The position numbers were made by a program, and so were the translations under genes. From assembly GCA_010015805.1 (NCBI GenBank), contig ML978134.1:1-64000 (forward strand): a stretch of 64,000 bases of DNA, read 5' to 3'. The notes under the pieces were generated by a model. The model saw only the letters and a program-made list of their open reading frames with translations. It was not told where the DNA came from and ran no database searches. The DNA is from Rhizodiscina lignyota (lineage: Eukaryota). Shown piece by piece: positions 12,384-25,286 of this stretch. Each line of letters opens with the position of its first letter. The first letter of the stretch is position 1.

Positions 12384-13924
12384 ATGAACGAAACAGACTT
12401 GCGGCGCTGGAGTGGCCGTACGCTCACTTGGGAGCAGCTGGAGAGGACATGGGATGAGGTCGCCAAAGTCGTAGAGGTCGAAGTGCCGTCGACACAACCA
12501 GGAGTGGAAACCAACGGAACATCCCCACCTCCGGTGCCTCCAGACGGAGGTACTATAGCCTGGATTCAAGTTCTCTCCGGCTGGTGCTTATTCTTTAACT
12601 CGTACGGCCTACTGAACTCGTTCGGTCAGTTGTCTCGAACCAAAACTCACTATTGTCTCGCTAACTTGGCGCAGGTGCCTTCCAAAAGTACTACCAAAGC
12701 CATCTTCTCGAAGGCTCTTCCGCGTCCAATATCTCTTGGATTGGAACGCTTCAATCATGTTTCATCCTCTATGGCACCATCTACTCCGGGCCTCTCTACG
12801 ACTGGGGCTTCTTTCGCCGACTCGTCGCCACTGGGTGTGTCTTATCGGTTTGTGGCATGTTCTTAACAAGTTTCTGCCATGAGTATTACCAGATAATTCT
12901 CATGCAAGGCCTGCTTACTGGAGTCGGCCTGGGATGCCTCCTCGCTCCCATGGTAGGAACTGTCGCTGCTCATTTCGAGAAGCGTAGAGGCCTGGCTATG
13001 GGAATTTCATCGACTGGAAGCATATTCGGTTCGTATATTGGCGTTATTAGTGATTGCAAAGGCTAACGTTGTAACAGGCGGAGTACTGTACCCTATAATA
13101 TTTGACCATCTCGTCAACGAGATCGGTTTCGGCTGGGCTGTGAGAGTCATCACACTAATAATGGCTGTCCTATTCATCATACCACTATTGGGCATGCGAA
13201 TGTTGACCAAACCGCCGGAGAAACGGCGACTCTGGATTGGCGAAGCCTGGAGGGAACCACAATTCGCTCTCTTTGCTGTCGCGTTGCTTGTCGCTTATGC
13301 CGGGATGTACATTCCTTTCTTCTACATACAGCTCTTTTGTACAGAGAAGGGCTTCGCCACAGGACATCTTGATCAATATCTGCTGCCAATCATCAATGCG
13401 GCTGGGTTACCTGGTCGACTCGTAAGTCATTCGCCGCCTACCAAGGGATAGAGCTGACGAGTTCTTAGCTATTCGGCTATCTCGCCGACAGAATCGGCCC
13501 ATTAAACTCTTTCGCTCTTGCTAGCGGCGGCAGTACAATCCTTCTCTTCGTGTGGATGGCAGTAGATTCTCTGCCCTCTACCATAGCCTTCTGCGTGCTC
13601 TATGGCTTCTGTCAGTCCGGAATCACAACGCTCGCTTGGACGGTGATTGCGACAAACCTCTGCCCAGACCTACGGCAGTATGGGGTTCGCATTCTCATGC
13701 AGAGTATCTTCGGTGCAACGGGATTACTGATCGGTAATCCGATCGCAGGCGCGATATTACCTACTGGATGGATAAGTCTACAAGGGTGGGCGGCCGCAAC
13801 GCTGGCTGCCTGTTTTCTTCTTACTCTTATTGCGAGAGCTTGGGATATTAAGAAAGTTCTTCATAAGGAGAGGCCCGGGGCATATTTTGCAAGGGAACCG
13901 CGAATGGTTGGCATCATCGAATAG
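12384..13924 (+). CDS. MFS monocarboxylate-type transporter (Mch/MCT family); about 3 introns
   Basis: PPDGGTIAWIQV…FNSYGLLNSFG, HFEKRRGLAMGISSTGS, GFGWAVR, GMYIPFFYI, GLLIGNPIAGAIL signatures across successive ORFs. Confidence 0.88.
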
Positions 13925-14679
13925 ATTCTCTTGACATTACTGATTTGATACCCGATTGCATGGTTTCAGGTGTCGTATCATGGTTATGTTTTATGTTTGT
14001 TATATGGTTTCATTACTGCATCTGTATGATAGTTGAAGGTCTCCGAAGAAGAGTGCGGCAATGTAGGTGCCAGGAATTTGGATGAGGGGTAAATGGGCAT
14101 TTAGCAAAATATGACACTGAAGGTCTTTGGGGCGCGATGGTCTCTCTGCATGCTTATGGAGCATAATGAAAGTTCATTCTATTATACTCAATCAAACTGT
14201 TTTCGATTATCCGGATTGGGATGCGAATTCTATTGATAGGACAGATAAAAACTTCACTCACATTGACTACCGCGAACTCTTTAATTCCAAACCCGATAGG
14301 GGATCTTGTGTTGTTATCTCGGGAGACCCACGGCCTATAGCGCTAGATTTAAGGCATAATGTTAAAGATCGATATCTAAGATTATCGTTAGCAGAATACC
14401 AAAATAATGTGAGGAGAAGCTATCTATTCTGACGACGTTAGTGCTGAGTGAAGACATGAGTGACATGAGAGTGTGAAGTAGCTGTATGATTGACGGACGC
14501 GCGAACGTACGGAAGTAGTAAAAGTATATAAAACGGCACAACTTCGGCTGAGGGTTGCAGGACATCGTAGAAAGCTATTAACTCAGTCCGCTTACAGCCT
14601 CACTCCTACATCCATTTTTTGGTCTTCATTCTTCAGATCTCTAATCTTCTGGGTCCGTGTCTGCAATTAGAACATTAAA

Positions 14680-16689
14680 ATGAGTTATATCCATTCGTGC
14701 CAGTACTGTTCATCTGTCACAATCCATTCCCATCGATCGGCGAGAAGGCCTGTCTATGTTCTTGAGGACACTCCCACACGCACTCTAAAAGCAGCTCCAT
14801 TGAATTTGTCGTTTAATGAGGCTGTGTTTGGGGCTAGAAAGGGGTGCCCTTTCCTACAATGGGTAACTTCGCTGTCTTCCGCGAAGGAAAAGACATGTCT
14901 TAACGTTATTTGGAGCGGGAACTATCCCCTGGACTCCGCCGTCCCGGCCAACCCCTGGATTTGGTGGTTGGGAGAAACCCAAGAGAACCCAGAAAATATT
15001 TTTAGGACTGTTCACAAGATTCTCGCAGAGAAGGCCAACATACTGCTATGCGCAGAAGAGAAGTAACATTGTCCCTTTTTTTTTGGGGTGTGCCACCACC
15101 AGAATCTTGCTGATCACACGCACAGCGACCCAGCCGCAGAAGACTTCAATACTCGTCCTCCAGCTTTAAATCTTCAACTGAAGACTCGATTTGTGCAAGC
15201 AAGAGGATGGCTCGAGGAATGTGTTAAGACCCACAAATGCAGAGAAGAAAACGCCTTTGTGCCAAGTCATTTAATCCTAATCGACAGCACGGCGAACCCT
15301 CCCAATCTTAGACTTGTCACTCGAGAGGAAACTAGCGGCATATTCTTAGAATATGCCGCACTGAGCTATTGCTGGGGCAAAACTCAGGATTTTACCCTTA
15401 CATCATCATCGCTTGAAAGTTTTCTGTCCTCGATTCCATACGACAAATTACCTCAGACAATTAAAGACGCCATTCTAGTAACATCCGAGATGGGCCTGCG
15501 TTATTTGTGGGTTGATGCTTTTTGCGTTATTCAAGATAGTAATGAAGAAAAGGCAAAAGAGATCGGCCAGATGGCAGAGATATACGATCATGCTCATGTC
15601 ACAATTGCGGCTTCTAAAGCCAAGTCTGTGAACGAAGGTTTTCTCTGGTGGCCAAGAATCGAAATGATCCGACTTGGATACGAATGCTCAAGTGGAGAGA
15701 TAGGATCTGTTCTGTTCTCACCTGAGCTTAACGGAGATACGAGATTCTCGCCTGAGCCTCTTGACACTCGCGGATGGGCTTTGCAAGAAGAGCTTCTCTC
15801 ACCTAGACGGCTTGAATTCGGCACGTACCAATCGAGATGGACCTGCCGTGAGACTGTAAAAGAAGACGAGACTGTGGTGGATGGTTGGCTAAAACGCAAA
15901 GTTACAAGCCCTTACATGTACGGTCGTGTACTGTCCCCTCAACCTGTCAGTTGGTGGGATATTGTTGAAATATACACTACACGCAGTCTTTCGGACCCAC
16001 ACGATAGGCTTCGGGCTATATCAGCCGTTGCCAGGAAATTGGGCGAGTTGTCTCGGGATGAATACGTGGCTGGACTATGGAGATCTTCATTCATTAAGGG
16101 ACTCCATTGGGGAAATTTCGCACAGGAACAAACGAAAAAGGAGGAGGATATGCACCTGGGAAGGCTGAAGAATGAAGATTCAGATTTACATGGTACAGCT
16201 CCGTATATCGCGCCGTCATGGTCGTGGGCGTCCGTCAGCCATCCGGTCGAATTCCACTATTTTTATGCTCCCAACGAACTCCAGCAAGTTAAAATAGCGA
16301 TCATCGATATACGGACCAAAACAGAACCTCCAGATGATCCATACGGGCCTTTGTGTGATGGCTCTCTCAAGATCAAAGGTCCTTGTTGTAGCTTTGTGGT
16401 AGGAGAGCGCTCGGAATTACATGCCGTCAATAGTGATAATCAATTTGTAACGCATGTAAGCTTTCCTAGTGTACTGGTCGAGCTGGATATGGTTAGTGGT
16501 GATCATTTGTTTCTATTGCTCCTTTCTGTAAGGCACGGGGAAGGTTATTGCTTAGTATTGAAGCAGACTGACGAAGAGCAGTATATAAGGGTTGGATTCA
16601 TGCGTCTAAGTGGACCTTCTCAATATCCAGTGCTTAGCTTTGAGTACAAGAAAGAGGAATGGAAAGAGCAAATTGTAACTATCCTATGA
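14680..16689 (+). CDS. HET-domain (heterokaryon incompatibility) protein; intron about 15063-15126
   Basis: RGWLEECVKTH, YAALSYCWG, LPQTIKDAI…LRYLWVDAFCVIQDS, MAEIYDHAHVTIAA, LDTRGWALQEELLSPR, YVAGLW, YIAPSWSWAS. Confidence 0.88.
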
Positions 16690-17524
16690 AATTCTGTATT
16701 GCTTGAGATGTACTCTGATGAGTTAATTGAACCATTCAGGGCCTCAGGATTGGCGCTTTCTAACTTTGAAAGACTTTCACAATGAAATAATTTCAAACTT
16801 TCAGGCACATCTATTAGACTTCCATATACACGCGGCCATGAAAAACAAACTTTTAGAAGAATTTGTGGTTGTTGTGGACATATCTTTGATGTACTCTCCT
16901 CTCAGTTTTGGTCGACCGTAGATGGGGCCAAAACTCATCTGGATCGTTGGGAACTCCGAACTCCCACGTTCATATCGCAAAGACTAAGGAGACCCTGTTT
17001 TGCAGAGCAACTTCGAACTTTCTGCGTCTGGCATTGCTCCGCCTCAGTAGAAATCACACTCTTGACACTCTTCTGGACGTTTTGCCCTGAAGAACGAAGC
17101 GTGGCTGGGGAATACAGGTTGTGTGTCGACGCGTGGCGACGAGGTGCATGCACTTCGATAGAGCTGCAGATGTAATTCGGGGTTGCATAGAAGGTAGGTA
17201 AGGCTGAACATTTAGTTTCCATATAATGAAAGTGTATCTGTCCTCTCTCGTATATCTTCTTTTCTCCTCTCAACACTCATATCAGGCCGGGGCAGGGACG
17301 CGACGTTCTGAAGAGACTCTAACCACCGTTTACTTTACGTCGCATCTAATGATTAGTGACTTCCCTAAATCTCTCTGGAGCCTATTGACGATAGTCTAAA
17401 ACATTGATAATTACTACGGAAGTATCCGGTATCTTTATAGTAACGGAGACTTAAGGGAGAGTAGGTTTGTAAGCGCGAAGCATATCTACTCGTTTAGAGT
17501 CCTGTTCAGAGTCTAATTTTAAAT

Positions 17525-19441
17525 ATGATAAATACCTCTAAGGCCGACGATAATGATTTAGATTTTGTTCCGACATTTTTAGATACACCTAGACGCGTCG
17601 ATTCCCACCCTGAGTCATATCTTGCCGCTGAATCATGGATATCACTGACTTGCAAGATCGGCCACCTTTCGACTGTGTTCCGAGCAAGCTTGATGCTTTG
17701 CGTCGCAGCGACAATCAGCCAGTCCGGATGGATTTGGTTTGCTCAGCGGACTAGGCCACTGAGAGACTTGTACTGGTATGACGCCGCAAGTAGAGGCTCG
17801 TTGGGGAGCATAAGGTTACTTTGGAACTTGAGATTCATGTAAGGCTGTCTCGATCGCCTCTCCGTCGTTGATAACTGACCATCCGACGCATCTGTAGTCG
17901 CCCAGCCTGTATTGGAGCACTGATCACAATTACAACTCTCGCTCTTGACCCATTCTTCCAACAGACGATCAAATATCAAGGCCGCCCTGCTGTCGACCCC
18001 GATCAGAGAGCCGAGGCTGTCGCTGCTTATGGGTACAACGGTAGCATTGGTCTGGAAGATGTTTTCGGCGATTCTTGTACGCTTACTCGAATTTCGATGT
18101 CAACCTCTGCGGTACTAACCATCTCTGACAGATCTTCTCATGCCATACAATTTGAAAGCAGCCATGTTCAGTGGTCTCTATTCATCAAATCAGATGACAT
18201 TTCCGAGCCCACCGTTCTCTTGCCCCTTAGGAAATTGCACCTGGGATCCATTTGCAACTCTGTCTCTCGATAGTAGCTGCTTAGATATAACATCTAGTGT
18301 TTCTCTAAACTGCAGCAATTCCTTCCTCGGCGGGTCTGGCATTACGTGTAATTTCGCCTCTTCGAACGATGATCTCTTAGCAACGATGCTCAATGGAACG
18401 ACAACCAGAGTCATGATGGAGATGGAAACGTATCTTCCGAGGAACTCACTTCCGGCTCTTATACCATATCTTATACCATATCGGGACATTACCGGTGCAT
18501 TGGCAACGGTGCAATGGGTTAAAGTAAAAGATTTCTTGCTGGCGAATACTCCTGTTGGAGCGTTGGTAATGCCAAACACTACATACGAAGCGGGGCGATG
18601 CCTCGTCTATCTTTCGGTCAAACAGGTAGAAGCGAAGGTTGATAACGGGGTCTACAGCGAACGAGTTCTACAAGAGTACAACCATATTCCAAATGTAACG
18701 GCACCACCAATGTATACGCTGAATGGCACCGACTTTTATTTCCGCGATCCATGGACCTGGGATCGAGACCTAATATTCCAGCCAAAGTTCGCGCCTAAGA
18801 GAAATTTCACAGTTACGTGGTCCGACTTTGACGTCCTTGCGTCTTCGATTATGCAACTTGTGCAGCTAAACGAGGAAGGCGGCGTTGCAACTGTTTCAAC
18901 TGGCGACTCGGCTGGAGTAGGTGGACCACCCGTTTTGGTGATGCTACTTCAAGCCGACAATGTGACGACGGCTATGCAAAACATGGCACACTACATGACG
19001 ACTGCGCTTCGAGCAAACGACACACAGCTTCTGCAGAATAAGATGCATAATGCGTCATTGATTGCACCTAATCAAAGCGTTGAAGGCAGGGTCTGGGTGC
19101 AGAAGCAGTTCGTGATTGTGATATGGGCCTGGCTGACGCTTCCGGCTGTAACATTCCTCACGGCGATCTTGTTCTTCTGCATCACCATAACCAGGACGAG
19201 GATTCATATGGTTGGTGTTTGGAAATCGAGCCCGCTTACGCTATTCTTCCATACTGGTTTCAACAACGGCTCTTCAATAAGCGATGAAGTACCCAGCGAA
19301 GCTTTGCACACGTCGGATGGAATGTATACAGCTGCAGGAGCCATTTCGATGCGTGCTGTCAGAGCTAGCAGTGTAAAGTTCGAAGTTGCTAGAGAAGAGA
19401 GCCGCAAATTATCTCGAGATGAATTGGAAATATGGCGTTGA
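17525..19441 (+). CDS. DUF3176-type membrane protein, apparently 5'-truncated; introns near 17839-17896 and 18077-18131
   Basis: ISQSGWIWF…RPLRDLYWYDAASRGSLGSIRLLW, GALITITTLALDPFFQQ, CPLGNCTW, WAWLTLP, VWKSSPL motifs. The usual first TM segment is absent. Confidence 0.7.
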
Positions 19442-19515
19442 ATGAAGTGTTTATTTCTGTGGGATTGCGTCAGGCACTATTTCTCAGGCTGTTAAACTGT
19501 TTCTAAAGTAAAAGT

Positions 19516-20645
19516 TCAAATAATCAGTTCACCCTTCATAACTTCAGCAGCATGACCAGAGAGAATGACTTTCTTTGGACGAAGATCGTCATTCAGAGTA
19601 ACATCTACAATGATCTCACTTCTCTGCAACAGTATTTTGGTTAGCACACCATTTAAAATGCGCGTAAAAGCATTGAAGCTTACCCTTCCCATTTCGACAC
19701 CTTGCTCAATTTCGTACCGGATCGTCTTCTTCTCCAAGCCGGCCTCTGGCCTCTCCCGGCTCCTTACCTGACTCTGCCAGACACTGAACGCACACGCCGC
19801 GCTGCCAGTCGCCAGATCCTCTTCTCCGATAGAGGTCATTCGTCTAACCCTGAAGCGATGGGCATCATCTGTAGAAGATAATTCGTGGTAGAACATAGTG
19901 CCTCCGAGAGCGCCTGAAAAGCCCTCGTCAAGTACTTTCGTCGCATCTGGAGGCGGCCTTGCTGGACGTAGGCTCGCCATCGTCTCGAGCAATTCTATCT
20001 CCACTGGTATGAAACTTAACAGTAAAAATTAGTAAACTTCGTAGAACCAAAGCTTCGCAAAACCCAAAGCGATTGTGTCGTGTTTGTGACGTACTAAAGC
20101 CCTCCGGCAATGCTTATGACCGGAAAGTCATGAGCAAGTGATTCCGAGATCCCTTGTAGCTCAGGATGCTGCTGAACGATAGATGCTCTCTCCACTCTCC
20201 CCAATCCTTGACTGTGTACTCGGTAGTTGCTGCATGGAATATCTGCACCAATCAGGCCGGTACCGCGGTCCCGTCGAATATGGATCTCGCCCGCTTTTGC
20301 TATCAGAATGCCACCCTCCGAATCATGGTGAAAGACATGGTTGAAGCAATAAGCTGCAGTCCCGATCGTAGGATGGCCCGCAAAAGGAATCTGTTTTGTC
20401 TTGGTGAAGATGTCGACGGTTCTCTTGGTGGCATGTCCCTCCGTATCGCCATCAGAATAATCATGCAGAAATGTGGTCTCTGAAAAATTGAATTCTCTAG
20501 CGATGAGATGCTTCTGCTCCTGACTGATTTGTTTTGCAGTTTCTTTCGTGAGTTGGATTACCGCCAGGGGATTTCCTTGTGCCCAAGGAGTGTTTGTAAA
20601 GACGTCAAAGACCGTGTATTTGAGGCGCAACTTTGACGAGGTCAT
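19516..20645 (-). CDS. PhzF/PhzC-like (diaminopimelate-epimerase fold) protein; introns
   Basis: FDVFTNTPWAQGNPLAV, IAREFNFSETTF, IFT…PFAGHPTIG, EDLATGSAA, EQGVEMGR motifs. Confidence 0.88.
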
Positions 20646-20971
20646 TGTGTTGCAGGAACATAAACAGCAAACACTTCAAGATAAGAGAACGAGTTTATAA
20701 AAGAATATCTGTCTGAACAAGATTGCATAGGTGCGAGGGGCGATAAATGGTGCCAAGGGTTGCATGGATACTTGTGAGTCACAATCACGGCTTTTCCACG
20801 CTCCGTTCAAAACTCAAAACTTTCCGATCATGGCAGAATTCTAATACTTCGTAGTGTAATCCTGTGCCGTATAAGATCATCTACACTAAGGAGTAACAGA
20901 GCAATCTTCTTTTTGAAATTATTTCTTCCTATTGACATTCTGCGCCTCCGTGGTTAGCTAGGATCAACGGG

Positions 20972-22044
20972 CTAAACACCCAAATGCTTCTTCAAGAATT
21001 CCGCCTGTGTTCCAGCGTTGCTTTCAAAGGTAGGCCCCGAGTATGCATCGAAATGCCCTCCTGGCAAAATTTGCAGCTGCTTGGGTTCCAGAGCCTTGGA
21101 GTACGCGTCAAGCGCCAATTGCGATGGTGTCAGAACGTCATTCCGCTCTACCGTCATGAGCAGCGGAGTGGGCGATATGCGGTGGATGTATGCGACTGGT
21201 TCGTATGCTCGGAGCATTTCCATACTTTCACAAATCAGTACAATTCTCACAATTGAAGAGGCATTCATACCTTTTCAACGTGACATCATTTTTCCAGGGA
21301 GATTTCTTCCCCCACGCCTGGAAGAATTGGTAACTGTCAGACGTAGGTAGTGCAGAAGGCGCTTGTGGATTTTCATCCACTACCGGTATTCTGACAGGAT
21401 CCTTATGCGCAAAACGAGCTAATCGATCTGCCGGACCATTAGTGAGTGACCCTCTGGAAAGAGGTAGTGAGATTCACCATCCATGAACATCTGATCCATC
21501 TGAGGCCGAACATCAGATCGAACCAAGGCCGAGAAATTTCCAAGCCCAGTCACGAGGGGGCTGGAGGAGAACGAATTAGCAAGAGGACGAGAAGGTGCAA
21601 TAATGAGATTGTGTCCAATGCATACACTTGGCTCAGCACAATCTTGACCCTTCGATCAATAGCTCCAACAACAAGGACATGTCCACCACTGTACGAGCTC
21701 CCCCACACACCGATCTTGTCCGCGTCCACTTCCGGCAGCGTTTGAGCATACGTGATGGCATCACTGTAATCGCTCACTTGCTCATTAGGATTGATCTCGT
21801 ATAGTGGATGACCATCCTTTACGTCGCTTGAACCAAAGCCACGATTATCATAGACGAGGCAGACCAGGTTAAGCTTTGATGTAAAATATTCAGCAAAGGT
21901 GTCGAGATCCATTTCTTTGACCGCACTGAAGCCATGCGCCATCACAAGACATGGCGCTTTGCCAGATCCGGATGAGGGGGTATACAGCCAACCACGCAAT
22001 GTGACATTGTCGTGGGTCTTGAACTCGATATCTTTCCGAGGCAT
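20972..22044 (-). CDS. Alpha/beta hydrolase (peptidase S15/DltD-N-like; family includes fungal polyketide transferases/thiohydrolases); 3 introns
   Basis: LRGWLY, MAHGFSAVKEMDL, YDNRGFGSSD, nucleophile GSSYSGGH, ISPTPLLM…D…GGHFDAY (Ser/Asp/His triad). Confidence 0.87.
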
Positions 22045-22607
22045 GGCGGAGTGGAAATTTGCGTCTGCTTGATAGTATTGATCGAGAGTGCGATAGATCT
22101 GTGATTTATAGAATATTATCGGACTTGGTTAAAATAAGTAAAAAAGGTCGCAAGCTTCTAGAATCTGATATTCTGATTCAGACTGGATGCTCGATGCAGT
22201 AAATGGTACACACCAAAGCCAAGACTTCTGGGTGGGTACGAGAGTACGAGCCAATCAACGCAGGAGTATATAGGGTAGCTAAGAAGTAAACAGAGATTAG
22301 CTGACGTTATGTAGGCATTTCCCTGAAATTCGCAAGACGTTGAGATATAGCCCACGGCCCACGGGAGGCTAAGCTTGGCTCTCGTAACGCTAGCCTCTTG
22401 GAACGCCGTCAGTCACCGTCCCCGCAGAGTGACCCCGCAGGTTCATCGGTTCATTCATGCAGTTGGCACTAGCGGAAACTTGCATAGTGCAGATGGATCA
22501 GGGCCGGTAGATGCCGAGCATGGGACATTCTAAGAACGGAGAAACGAGAGATCTTTCAAATTAAAGATTTATACATATACACGTACCCTCGTTCCGCTAG
22601 TCCCGTC

Positions 22608-24620
22608 TTAAGCTAACTCATGAGTTGCCGTCTTATCGTGGAGTTTGGCAATCCAAGACTTCGCCATGAAGATCCGAAGCCTCTTCCCCCAGATCATGAA
22701 AGGTATCACCGAGAGGTTGTTTGCGAGCAAGACCCCACAGAAGATTCCTGAAATAACCACTGTGTAACCCCTCTCCAAAATCCAGTTCAAGAGGAAGCTG
22801 CCCATTCCGAATGAGATGGCCTGTTTGCCGAGGTTCATCGCAATCAGCATCTCGCTGGTATTCGCTGTGTGACTGTCCACGGCATATGCCAGGGTGAATG
22901 TGAAGTAAAAGTACGATCCCCAGTTATTCATTGCAACGCCAGCAAAATAGCCGAACCAATGAAGCTTTCGTTGCGCCGTAAAACCATACAGGATGAGGCC
23001 AGCAGGAGACATCAACATGGCAGGTAACAGAGCTCCAAGCCGCATCTCCGCTTCTCTGATGCCTCCATTTCGTTTCGTTAGACGCGCAGCAAGTCGGTCC
23101 GAAATCGTTGTGAACGGTATGGCGAGGAAGTAGCCCACAGCAGAAGCAACTGCAATGAGACCAGAATTCGTCTGCGACCAGTTGTAAGGCGGAAGCACAA
23201 TAAGAGCCGGAAATGTGTAGTTGAATGCCAGAGCACCGAGACCGATGTAAATCCCATAAGTAGTGACGACCCAGAAGACTGGAGGAACCAGAAAGTACGT
23301 GAAGCTCCGGGCCATAGTGAGAAAGAATTGGGCGTCCTTATTTACGCCTGACCACAGGCTGAGCGAAGCGAGGAAAGAACGTCGAGCCCCCCAAGCGACA
23401 GGAACGGCCTCCTGGTGTTCCGATGTAACATTCTTCTCGTAATCCTCGATCGGAGTTATTTGCTCTACCATGTCTGGCGTGACCACTCGCTTATACTGGG
23501 TCTCCTCGACGAAGAAAAACGCCAAGATGAGCAAGGCCATTGAGAATGCAAACGTGACATAAAAGAACAATCGCCAAGAGTATCCACCTGCAAGCATGTA
23601 GCCGGCGTATAGAGGGCCAGTGGATCCCAGGCAGAGGCAAACTAAAGCAGAAATATCAGCCACAAGCTTCAGGGCTAAAGAAAGGATCGTAAAGCTCAAC
23701 ATACCTGTGTAATATCCAAGCCTCTTGCCGCGCTCATGAAGGAAGAACTACAGCGAGATTTAGCAATACCGATCGGTTATCTCAAACCAAAGGTTCACAT
23801 ACAACATCGTTCACAAGCTGAACTGGAAGTGCTTCGCAGACACCAGAGCCAAACGCGTGAATAATTCGGCATGCCATCAACGATCCGTAGGTGTTGCATT
23901 GTGATGCACCAATGAGACCAGCGCAGAACTGGAGAGAACCATATCAGTATCTCCATATTGATCGACAAGTGGAGTTGCGTACGAAAACCAAGGAGCCGAG
24001 CATCACGGGTCTGCGTCCGATTTTGAGGTAGAGAGGGACAAGGAATAGAGAGCCTTCACAACGTTAGTAGGATTTCCGTAAACTTATCAGCAGAGCACGT
24101 ACCGAATCCATATACAAGATTCGCGTATGATACTAGTCCAGATGCCGTCGTGGGTGATATCTGGAACTCTTCCGCATATATTCCTATGTATACGGACGGC
24201 CCAAGGAGAGCAGCATTTCCCAGAAACGAGTACAGCGAGCAGAGGATCAGAATCACCGTCTTCTTCCATGGTTGCCACTGCAAATAATGTTCAGCAACTG
24301 CATCGGCAACTGTATCGAGCTACAGTACCTGGAGCGGGTCATTTGGATCCAACGATGGCACTGGGAAAAGAGCTTGGCCATAGCCGGTATCGTCACCCTC
24401 TGAAAGGAGGTTACAATAGAGTCAGATGGATAACTGAAGGATTAGGATTCGGTGCGTACCTTTCGCATTCAGGTCCACAGTGCCAGGAACGGGTCCTTCA
24501 TGCGCATGGCTGCAAGTGTGTCAATGTAAACTGAGGAGCCAAGCTGCTGACGGTGGGGCAATTTGTAAAAAGCTCGCACCTGTGAACGAGATGGCGCTCA
24601 TGATGCCTCTCTTCTGCCAT
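22608..24620 (-). CDS. MFS transporter (DHA1-like drug/H+ family); multi-exon
   Basis: Spliced N-terminus MAEERHHERHLVHSHAHEGPVPGTVDL…PSLDPNDPLQWQPWKK; GRRP, FFLHERGKRLG, SWRLFF, EETQY, EAEMRL; 12-TM hydrophobicity. Confidence 0.85.
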
Positions 24621-25286
24621 TTTGGTGTCACTGGAGTTCTTAACGGCGATGAGAACGCGTAGAGGGTGAGACAACGTTCAATTAAAGATTCAAACGACAT
24701 CTGACCGAAAAGAATTAGAAGACACCCGACCCCATGGCACGCGTCCATGATGATCCTGCTTCCCCAACTGCCGAAGTTCTGGCTGGAGAGCTCGCCAAAC
24801 AATGCCTGATCAGCGGTTGCCAAAAGCACGTGCAGCTGCGCGTGGACTTGGAGAAGTTGGAGATAGGACCTTGCATCTCGTGGGTTGCCCCAGAATCCCC
24901 GCAGACGCTTGCTGCAAGCCAAGTAAAGATCGGATAGCGCCGCCTGACGGGAAATTTTAGTGGATGGTCCAAACACGGTCCTCGCTTTAGCCTGATTCAC
25001 CTCCCGTGCGCGCGGCCGTGCAACCCTAGACGATTATGCATTGAACAACCAAAAGCGTCACAAGCGTCGGGTGACTCCACAACTCTGTTGCGTGGAAGAA
25101 CCTCCGCAAGCGACGTTCAGGGTGACCCCAGTGGTCGGATTCAAATTTGGGCCCGACGGACAGACTTCTCCAATTGACCAAGACAAAGAAAGAAAGCCAC
25201 AAGCCATCTCAGAGGTTTAAGTATCAAAATCTATACGTCTCAGGCCATGAATATCCCGCAATGCACCGCAATGCACCGAAAACGCA

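Noticed and set aside
18458..18481. 12-bp in-frame duplication (LIPYLIPY) and similar micro-duplications (about 25257)
   Set aside because: Ordinary slippage events with no evident function.
19516..20645. Phenazine biosynthesis operon or bacterial horizontal transfer
   Set aside because: The gene has spliceosomal introns, no other phz genes are present, and PhzF-like proteins are widespread in fungi.
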